Shown here: positions 53,950 through 64,000 of the stretch, one piece after another
Layout of the letters: every line of letters starts with the position of its first letter
How positions within the stretch are numbered: position 1 is the first letter of the stretch
From: Octopus sinensis
Lineage: Eukaryota
DNA length: 64,000 nucleotides
Assembly (NCBI RefSeq): GCF_006345805.1
Contig: NC_042999.1
Location: forward strand, 148,552,001-148,616,000
Direction: 5' to 3'
The notes under the pieces: model-generated
What the model saw: the letters and a program-made list of their open reading frames with translations, nothing else
Told to the model about the DNA's origin: nothing
Database searches by the model: none
Program-made: the position numbers and the translations under genes

Positions 53950-54450
53950 AGCGTTCAAACAAAACACAGTTAACGCACTGGCAATTCACAAGAACCAGAT
54001 ATACAAACAACCAACAAAGATATTCTTAACCAACACGTGCACAAACACATCCATCCATTGATGTGTTATAATTACCTCCCCGATTCACTATTAATGCTTA
54101 AAGAGATAAATGACACCCAGCAGTCCCTATTTTCCACAAAACTGCCCTCTGTTTCCGTCCGTCAATGAAAGTCTTTTATTATGAAACACTCTGACATGCG
54201 CCTCGAAAACACTTCACATTACCAGCTTCCCTCCTTCGTCATCAGTAGCTTTACGTGATGTCAACAGCAGACACTCACAACGTATTAAAAAAGAAAAAGG
54301 AAAAACAAGAAAGTCGCAGATAAAGACGTAATTGTATACAAGAAAATCTCGAAGTATTTATATATGATAATTCTCCGTTTACATGGAAACTTTCACAGCG
54401 ATGAGAATATAAGGTGCGTGTGTGATTGAACGAAAGAGAGAGAGAGAGAG
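53580..54450 (-). promoter_or_regulatory. Candidate promoter / non-coding first exon of the minus-strand gene
   Basis: Unique CpG-retaining DNA (gtgcgcgcgcgc), just beyond the CpG-depletion boundary, with minus-strand donors GTT|gtgagt (54279) and CTG|gtaatg (54223). No transcript evidence. Confidence 0.3.
53887..53949. repeat. (AAT)n microsatellite
   Basis: Directly visible; source of the poly-I and poly-L ORFs. Confidence 0.95.
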
Positions 54451-57349
54451 AGAGAGTAATATGTATCTCATAACCATGACATGAAATACTCACCGATCTA
54501 TTCAATTTGCTTTTTCATTGTTGCATAGTTTGATAACAATCAACATAAAACTGTCTTTAGATAATGCGATGTTTATGCATATCTTTAAAATAAGTGGCGG
54601 AAAATTCGCGGAGAAGAGTTTGTACGATAGCTAATTGTTTTTTATAGGACAAGATTTCATATGTAACAATAAGAAAAAGAAAAACAGTAAAACCTACAAT
54701 GTTTATAATATCTTAAAGATGCTAACACAAGCAGCAAGGAGCCTAGTGAATCTATCCGATAACACTGGTTAATTCACAATATTTTGAGAGATCGGACTCA
54801 AACTGTGATCTCAGAGATATAAACAGGTACACGCTGCGACGAAAGCATTATAGATAGATGGATCAGAGCGAGAGAAGATGACCAGTGAGGTGAGTAGAAT
54901 CTTGCTTGGACACAGGCCGAGGTTTAATTAACCTAGAACAAGGTTGTCTAGATGAAGGTGTATGCTGTAAGATCCAGCGACACCAAAGATATGATGTGTC
55001 TGAGAATTACTAACACTGCAGAACCTTTCATCAAATTTCATTCGGCGTTGCTTGACTGAATTTGATTGAGTTACTTTAAGAACACGAATTTTCATGTCAT
55101 TTCATGGGTCCGTTTATGGATAAATAATTCGTGGACTCTTGAGTGCAGGACATAAAACAGGAGCAACTAAATTCCAGCTGAACAAAACGTTAAAACTTTT
55201 CCTTTATGGTGACAGAGTTTTGGAATAGCTATCACTATTCTGTAGGGAAGACAAACCCCACAAAAATTGGAGGACTTTAGGAGAGGGCAAAAATAGAAAA
55301 CGAACTGAAATCTTTTGAAAACAAAAACAAAAAACTTTTCAGAATCGTAATTCCTGTTGCATGAATAATAGAAGGAATACTATTTCCTAGTTCATTGAGT
55401 AACGATAGCTATTCCTAATAATATAATGTTCATATAATTACTTACTTTTCAACGAAAATTTGGCATCCAAAATGATGTCACTATTTGTTTGTTGCCAAAA
55501 TTACATACATCCTGAAATCCGTTTTCCCAAATAAAAACGCCAAAATTACAAAAAGAAATTTACCAATTCTCTACCTATAGCACACATTAAATTCTCAATA
55601 ATATATTCACTACCGAGATCACAGAAGCTATTTTGAGCCATTTATACTTTAAAGTCAAGCCACAATTGTTGTAAGACAACAATGTACGGGATTTCTTAAA
55701 ACTCATAAACCCAGTCTTTTACATGAGGACTATCGTGCAAGATTCTTGCTGGCTGAACTGAAGCTGAATTATACAAAGTAAAAGCAACTTGAGCAACGTT
55801 TACATTGATAAATTCTCATCATCGTAGGATGCTGAACTTTACAATCAAGATAGAGAGAGAGCGCGCAGCGCAAACATGATACACAATACGTTGGGCCGAG
55901 TGGATAGATACGTTTATTACATAAAAAGGTGACAGAATACCTACTCTCAGTTTTGTCCTAGGCTGTCCATAACAGTAATGAACAGACGGGGCTAAATTCA
56001 GGGCAGATTCATTTGATACACACACACACACACACACACACATACATACGCAAACTGACAGACAGATCTATCTATGCACGCACACACACACATGAAGCTA
56101 GGAAAGAAAATCTCACAGTTATCAACTTACATAAGTTGGCCACTCAGATTACACGAACCATACGAAGCTATTGACAGATCAATGCTACCTGACAGAACAT
56201 ATATGTCTGCCGATTTCAACAGTCTTTCTATTTGTAGTCTTAAGGAACTTAGTATTATGGTTCTATATTGCATTTAAGTAATAACTATGGCCAAAAGTTG
56301 TAAATCGCCGTTTGAACTAATACAGTCATCTTCGCTCTGCAGTTCTTTAACAAGTAATGGTGTCACGATCGTCATGGAGCCGACTTCCCTCAAACACACT
56401 TACACACATAAGAACATAAACGCACGTACACACACACAAATAAAAAATAAAAACATGCACACACAAAGGGCGACTAAAAGAGGTTGAGATGGGATTTGCA
56501 TTCCGACCTCGTAAAACCCTTATCAGTAACAACTACCCAAACAGATCTGTGTTGGAGGATTGTCACTTGAGCGGTGCAAAGGTGTCCCCCACCTGGAGTA
56601 GGAAGGAAATCACCAACAAATGGTAGTAACACACATACAGGTGTGTAAACGTGCGTGCCTTGCATGAAACTGGATGGACGGAAACTGGTTTTAGCCAGAC
56701 TGATGGACTGTACCAAGTTATACAAAGGAAAACTCCTGTCTCACTGTGTTACGCTGGCTTTGCCTCAAGATCGTGATATAATACCAAATATTTGGTAGAA
56801 GCAGTTCAGCTCGATCGATCACCTAGACCAGTGTCCGGCACACTAGTGTGCCGCAGTGTAACCTGAATAGGATCTGTTCAATCTCAAGCTGCTTGACATT
56901 GAAAAGGTCCCCTGAATATAATTTTTTCCCTATACTTTTATTTATATTTTTAGTTCAGGTGTGCCGCCGAATTTTCAAAAAAAAAAATAATAATTGTACC
57001 GCAAGTGAAAAGAGGTTGCAGTGTATTCATCGTCGAAACCAATGGAGAACTATTAACTTTACTTTTAAGCAAGTATACAGTGCTATGAGAAGAAATAACA
57101 TTTTCCCCCACTAAACATCTCTTCTGTTCTCGTGTCCATCCTATTTCTTTCTAGTGATTCGTTTCATTTCACCCAGTTTAATAAAAATAGAAGAATAATA
57201 TAATCTAGGATAAAAGACAAGTTAGGCTGGACATACAAGTGAGAGAGGGGCCCACTGCTGAAACTGACTGAATATGACAGAAGCAAGCAAGCAGACAGAT
57301 GGACTGGGAGCACATACGCTGTGAGAAATAAGGTGAAACGGGAATTTTT

Positions 57350-57568
57350 AAGGCGGTAAGATGGCAGAATCCCTTCGCACGTCGAAAAAAATGCTTAGAC
57401 GCATTTCGTCCGTCTTTACGTTCTGAGTTCTAATTCCACCGAGGTTGACTTTGCTTTTCGTACTGCGAGGTCGATAAAATAATTACCAGGTGAGCACTGC
57501 GGTCGGTGTAACCGACTTACCTCTCACCCAAAATCGCTGGCCTTGTGCCAAAATTTGAAACCAATATT
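57350..57568 (+). mobile_element. Diverged Nin/Deu-domain SINE with CpGs retained
   Basis: aggcggtaagatggcagaatc...gaggtcgataaaataattaccagg...ggccttgtgccaaaatttgaaacc. Confidence 0.8.
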
Positions 57569-58584
57569 TAACTACTTCGTAGCAATCATAGGTAATTATT
57601 TTCGAATGATACGTATATACATAAATCGAAATGTAATGTAAGGTATATATTTGTAAAAGCAAACAAATCTAGCTTCGCTGTAAAGAAAATGCTATCGTTA
57701 TATGGCTTTTCATTTTTCAGCGGGGAGAAAAAGTGAGATCGATTTAACTAGTTTCTGGTATTCCTGGACTTTCATCAGAGAAAAAAAACCCCACCTCATT
57801 AGTAGCCAATAACTATCTATAATGTCTACAAATTTGGATCAAGCTAAACTGGTTCCGTATAAAGTATACTATATATTTCAATGTTTCCGGCAGGTAAAAA
57901 ACAGAAGAAGAAATCTTGTGTTATGCATTATTAATTCAATAAACATTATATCAGCTCATCAGTTATGCAAATTAGACGGACCATTTTAGCTGTGTCCGTG
58001 TTTGTATACACTATTAATAGCTATAGGCTAGTAGTTTCTCCTTGGAATTAAAAAAAAAAATTCTTCTGATGATGATGAAGGTATGACAACTAGAAACTAT
58101 TCTGTTCCATAAGGTTTTTTTTCTCCGGGGGGTGGGGAAGAGAAGTGGGGGAAGGAGAGAGAGGAAGAATGGAAAGAAACTTGTATAATTTCAACTTGTT
58201 TACTTCTTCACAACGAGGCTAAAATTCGGTTTATCAAAAAATAAAATAGGTATTTGTATGTCTTACGCCGTATAAGCGCAGTGTGTGTGTATACACCACC
58301 TCTAGTAATATATACAACATACACAAAGATGATTTAATAATAAAGAAAATAAGGCATTTAAAAAAAAAATAAACATTAGAGAAGAGAGTATGTAAGACTT
58401 CAAATGTTTATTTTCAAAAATGTCTACATACACATCATCATCATCTGCTCCGCTACCTGAGACAAGTTTAAAAGTTGGTCCGAATTTTATCGGACGGTAA
58501 ATAAACTGCCGTGGCTATTGTACTTGTCGCTATGTTTCGATCAGTTTGCATCTCGTGATTATCTTCGGGTGTCACTTTCAATTT

Positions 58585-58752
58585 GACAACCGATGCTGGT
58601 GTGTTTACGCCCCCGTAACTTAACGGTTCGGCAAAACAGACCGATAGAATAAGCACTAGGCTTACAAAGAATAAGTCCTGGGGTCGATTTGCTCGACGAA
58701 ATGCGGTGCTCCAGCATGGCCACAGTCAAATGACTGAAACGAGTAAAAGAGT
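58585..58752 (+). mobile_element. CORE-type SINE 3' half
   Basis: ttgacaaccgatgctggtgtgtttacg...gactgaaacgagtaaaagag. Confidence 0.9.
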
Positions 58753-60879
58753 ATCTATTTATATACTATTTGGACGAGTTCAGTTGCCATCGCATTTGTG
58801 TGTGTGTTTATTTACGCTAAATATTGGTCAGTTATATTCTTCGATCGTCTTCAGGTACATACACATTTCATCTTTCACCACATATCGATCGGTATAGTCT
58901 TTCAGCATCTTCAAGTGACACGATATCTACCTATATTTCAAAAAGGTGATACAGCTATATATTTTTACACATACAGTAATAAATGGTACAGTTGGATTCG
59001 AGCCGACACACACATACAAAGTCATAAAACATTTGGTTTCTAAAATATAAGCTGTAAAAATTTAGTGTTGATCCTTCCTATAGATTTACACAAGTTCTCA
59101 CTGACGAGAAGGGTTAACCATATTGCTGTTTTAGCCCGAGGGCAGCCCAGATCGAGTACATCTATGATCCAAGACGTTCTAGTGGTGACCATCCTCTCCT
59201 TGTTTTTAAGGCAGAATATTTCGAAGATTAAATTATCCAGTGAGTCATTCCCTTTTTTAAGGCACGATTTAATGGAGATTTGGCTGCTCTTTCTAAAAGT
59301 TAACATCTAGAAGTTCCATTATTAGTAAATAAGTAGATTAGCGGATCCGAACAGGAACAATACATTTCCTATTCTGGGGACTACTTATGGATTATAATGA
59401 AATATTTCATCAACAGGATAACTGATATGAGTGATGGTATCAATTAAAGGTGTGTTAGGGAAGAAGGAACGGATGTGGGGTATATAATGTCAAATAAGCC
59501 AGTGTATTACTCACCGGATTGATTTACCTTCTATAAAGGTATAACATGTGGGGAGCGAAAATAACACGTGTTTTAAAACAGATAGGTAGGTGGGCTGCAG
59601 TAAAGGAACATGTTTAAAGAGAGGGGTAGCAAAATCCCGAATCATATATATTTTAAAATATTCTGGTTCACTTTGAGATCTAAACGTTTTTAAAAGTTGG
59701 ATGGACTAAATTTCACAGCATTATGACTCTCAATTCATTTTACTATTTCTTTACTTAATTCATTTTACTGTCCATCCAGCATATCTACTCAAATCCCGAG
59801 TTGTAAATGCTTTCTCATTGCTAACATATTCTAAGAGCTAATGCATTTACTCCAGACGGTAATCCTTAAAATTTCGTCAACAACCTGAAAGTGATTAAAC
59901 TCAGAGACAATTTCAGTACTTCCAACAGTTGTTAATTTAATTTTGAAAATAAAAAGACTTATTTTCGAGTGATATGGGTACAAATAATTAAGATTCCTCT
60001 TACCTTTTAGTTAAAAAGAAATTATGGCTGACCCAACAATTGTTTAGTTATTAGAAAAAACATTGTTCATCCGAAGAACTTCAAACATTCGCATGAGTAA
60101 GTTTCCTTATGTATATTCTTTTAGAGATTGTTAGTATAAACTTAAAGAATTGTCCCTATTCTTACCGATTACAAAAAAACGTTCTTTTCATTATAAATAA
60201 ACTCAACATAATTTCTTAGAGCTATTCTTTCATGCGCGAAGTGTTGTTATAGCAGTCTGGGTTATCAGAAAAGAGAGAACGAATGAAAAGTTACTTTCGA
60301 TTACTTTTAGTTTGTTTTTTACTGACTTTTAATAAACTGTAAACACGGAATCATTGGAAAAAAAAACAAAAAAACTTTCGCTGTATCTGTAACCAAAAAA
60401 GTAGCAGAATGGTACTGCCAACAATAACAATGGGATATTCGTAATAATGATACTTACATTAGTTGCAAAAAGGGATCGCATTGTGGAGAATTTAAAATAA
60501 ATAATATGTAAATATAGATTTTTAAAAAATATGTATATGTGTATTGCTCTCTCTGATGACCTGACGTTAAAAGAGGCCGATACGTGAGAGGTAGACAAAA
60601 ATAAAATCAACGTGGTAAGGTAATTCCAGAAGAGATCCAATAACTGACAATCAGCTTGATATACGTATTTCACTGTGTCCGGTTACATGTGTAAACTCCA
60701 TCCTTAAGGTCAACAGGACATAGTGTGAGCGATTTATTATAAGATTGATAATTAGTTAAGTGAATGAAACCCCCCCAGAATAAAAAAAAAATGTCATACG
60801 AGACAAAATCCCTAACAAAACGTAGTGCTTGCTCTGTTGCTGTTGGTAGAATGAAAGAAATCCTTGTCTAGAAAAATTT

Positions 60880-61330
60880 CAATGAGGCTAAAACGATGAG
60901 TGAGGAGGAGGAGGGAGAACAGAGAGTATTAGTCAGAGAGTGATCGTCAACAGAAACAAAGACGGGGAGACGTGAAGGGGAGGAAAAGCTGGTTGGCAGC
61001 AGCAGCAGTAATGTTCATCACAATCAGGGCAGAAAGAGGAGAACCAACCTAGTGCAACAACACTCGCAGCAACACACTCTGCCGGCCTTCCACTTGAAGC
61101 TTTTCCGTCTAAGTTTATAACTAGACAAATAATGACAGTCAGTATCTTTTACCCTGACCACTATGTTTACAGACGACTGTACACGTCATTATTGTATTTG
61201 CTTCGGGTTCCCACCTTCCTCCTGCTAGTTACATGTGATCTTATATTTATAGTAAGAATTACGCTTGTTTACTAGAAGGAAACAGTCCGATCGAGAAGAC
61301 AACCGATGCGCTTTTATACACTTGACTACA
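60880..61330. promoter_or_regulatory. Second candidate promoter / 5' UTR-like region
   Basis: Repeat-free, CpG-retaining block with purine-rich and (CAG)n tracts, and a minus-strand donor CAGG|gtaaaa near 61152. Confidence 0.25.
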
Positions 61331-63129
61331 TCTTTTAAATTAAGACAATCAAGAAATTTTCTTTTAAGACAACGAGAGCCAATAACCGTGTGCTCTTCAT
61401 CCTAAGTTTTAATCAATAACAGAAAGTTAAATGATTGTTTCTTTAACAATTCAGAAGTTGTAAGAGTTACAAATCACAATACTAAAAGTGTATCTTCAAC
61501 AAAATATCCATGTAATAATAATAAGAAGAAAAAATCGAACAAAAATAATGTAAATAATTATAGGTGCAGGCATGGCTGTTGGTAAGAAGCTTACTTCGCT
61601 ACAACATCGTTCCTTAGTTAATCTTACTACTGACCCGTGCCGACCAAAAACTTTGTGACCGGATTTGGTCGAAAGAAGCCCATCGTGTGTGTGCATGTGT
61701 GTGGAACCCAGCAGTTCTTGTTGCTAACTGTGAGGTATGAAGAAACTCACAGCTTATCGAATTTCCTCGAAACTTCGATATGGGGGGGGGGGACGTTTCA
61801 CGATCGACGCCAATAAACTGTTATTGTTCCTGGTCGCACCGTCCACTTTTTGTTTTCTATACCTGCCACGGACTTCTTGAAGCTTACAAACTTCTTAGAC
61901 CCGGATCATTGGATGTGTGTGTGTCTGCCTCATACGACCACTTAAGAACCAGTGTTGATTTGTTTACATCCCCGTAACTTAGCGGTTCGGCAAAAAAGAA
62001 CCAACAGACTATGTACCAGGCTTAACAAAATGGGTACAGGATCGACTTGTTCCACTAAAGCATTCGAGGCGGTGCTCCAGCATGGCCACAGTCGAATGAC
62101 TGAAACAAGTAAAAGCTAAATGATACAAGTTTGTTTACAACACTCAGTAATTACCTTCTTAACGAAGTTTGCCGTATCCGTTGATATGAAGCTTATTCAA
62201 AGCTGAATATCAACAGCGTCAACCTCACCGAGGTCAGAGATGGACGTAGCACCTTCCTTTACGTGTGTGTGAGCGACTCCACTAAACGAAAATTCGTAAA
62301 AAAAGAATGCGTGAGGTAGACACAGACACACACACTTCTTACTTCTACTTTTTATTTCTGGTTTCGATCACTGGACAGCGATCGTGCAGAGAAGCAACCT
62401 TCAACTATTTGAAGTCGTTCACATCGATCCCAAAACTTATTTCAACTTGATACTTATTTCATTGATCTATAATTGGTGAATCGCTCAGTTATAAGGATTT
62501 TTTCGTCCCCACCCTTTTTTTGTTTCATACAACACCGGTTACGTTTCTTGAAACGACACCGGTTTATATATAAACACAGATACGGGCATAGCACGCACGC
62601 ACACACATACAAATATATACACACATATACAAGTAAAGGAATGAAACTTTAAATTCTATCGATTCTGAATTACGAGATTTAAAGTTTCAGTTTTAATAAA
62701 TGTATTTTGACAGCCTCTACATTCGTTAGCGAGTAAAACTTTTATTATTATTATTATTATTTATACTTAAGTCTTAACGCGTATATGTTTAGCGTAATAT
62801 CAGAATGAAGACTGAGAGTACTATATAACTTTACTTATAATAAGCTACAACAATGAATTGAAACAACTATACAGCCTTAAAAGAAACTCTCCCTTAATAA
62901 ATGTGCGTGTGTACACACGCACACACGAGCTTCTGCCTACCGAATTCCATTCACAAGATTTCGGTCAATACATGCATGCGTGAACGAATACATACATACA
63001 TCCACATGCATGCATGCATACATACATACCTACATACACACACACACACGGCTTGGGGCAGAGAGTGTGCTATCAAAGCTCCGAGGAAGGTTGCATTGTG
63101 CATGTATTTATGGTGAGCAATCTTGATAA

Positions 63130-63560
63130 GGCAAGTGGTTAGACGACCCGGAAGGGCAGAGATATTTCTGGACTGACTGAGGTTGGGTTCAGAGATAAGG
63201 TGAGAAACAGATCAAGGGTGTTTGTAATGTCACTGTCTGTCAGGGCTGGGGAATGGAAGTAGTCTGTGTAGAGAGTAGAGAACTGCGAAAGATTCGATTT
63301 CCACATCAGTGGCATCAGCATAAGATGTATGTGAAAACGAAGTATTACGACCATTGAATTCACACAGGCTGATGACTTCAGAGAAAGATGTCTTTGATGC
63401 TTGAAGAGATATGGTTGAATAATTGTTGGTGACTGGAGTTTAGAGAATGCTAGAGGAAGCAGATACATTAGGCTTGGGTAGGGAAACTTGGAGACAAAGT
63501 AACTTGAAGTCTTTGTTGCCAAGTTCAGATAGGTTAATAGTCTGGACAGCAAAGACGGAC
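63130..63560 (-). mobile_element. LINE (CR1/Jockey group) endonuclease relic
   Basis: TNTLDLFLT...SPEISLP resembles the APE motif G..LDL.LT......PLG.SDH. Confidence 0.6.
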
Positions 63561-63820
63561 TTTAGATAAGGATCCAGAAATTTGTCTTTAAGCAGAATCG
63601 AATGCATTTATTTAGTAAGAGTTGATGTGCAAGCAAAGGTCTAAGAAGAATCACATTCCTTGGAAGAAGAGGTAGAATTGTCCAGTAAGCTTACTTCTCC
63701 TTTTTGACATCTAGGGAAATAACAAGAAGGCATTAGCATATTATAAAGTCACTATAATCCCTTCTTTGTCTAGTAAACGTGTAACACATTGATCTCTGCT
63801 AAAGGTACCTATGGTGAATA

Positions 63821-64000
63821 GGGCGGCGTGCTGGCAGGAACGTTAGCACGCCGGGCGAAATGCGTAGCTGTATTTTGTCTGTCGTTACGTTCTGAGTTCA
63901 AATTCTGCTGGTGTTGACTTTGCCTTTCATCCTTTCGGAGTCGATAAATTAAGTACCAGTTATGCACTGGGGTCGATATAATCGATTTGTCTGTCCTTGT
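63821..64000 (+). mobile_element. Nin/Deu-domain SINE, cut by the window end
   Basis: Same family as 1751-1984. Confidence 0.9.

Noticed and set aside
56836-56853. 18-bp perfect palindrome cggcacactagtgtgccg
   Set aside because: Resembles the subterminal motif of hAT-type MITEs; no evidence of a separate function.
62642-62689. 13-bp-stem hairpin, considered as a pre-miRNA
   Set aside because: AT-rich stem with a poorly paired upper half; not miRNA-like.
1-64000. Bona fide tRNA, rRNA, CRISPR arrays or intact transposon ORFs
   Set aside because: All A/B-box sequences belong to SINE heads or decayed repeats; no regularly spaced repeat-spacer array; all transposon coding fragments have stops or frameshifts.

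Overview
AT-rich, repeat-dense eukaryotic genomic DNA with no prokaryotic features (no operons, CRISPR or rRNA). The repeat families (CORE-type and Nin/Deu-domain tRNA-SINEs, RTE LINE with (GAT)n tail, mariner, TTAA MITEs) look like those of Octopus; this is from recognition, not a search. The window appears to be the 5' part of a large minus-strand gene for C-terminal Src kinase (Csk). One intact coding exon is identifiable: the SH3 exon at 30329-30445. The next expected Csk exons (SH3 second half, SH2, kinase N-lobe) were not found, implying an intron >30 kb running off the left edge, or an incomplete locus. Inside this interval, on the same strand, is a decayed copy of the Csk catalytic-loop exon (9586-9675; HRDLAARN changed to YQDLTSQN). 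It keeps its splice donor but is fused at its 5' end to a truncated SINE. CpG is strongly depleted up to about 52 kb and retained from about 53 kb onward, consistent with a methylated gene body and an unmethylated promoter region. Nearly all ORFs in the supplied track come from SINEs, LINE relics or microsatellites. Other points of interest are a repeated SINE-in-SINE insertion site, degenerate hammerhead-ribozyme cores from Penelope-like repeats, a tRNA-like cloverleaf inside inverted repeats, and a pair of homologous splice-bounded non-coding segments. Repeat coordinates are approximate.
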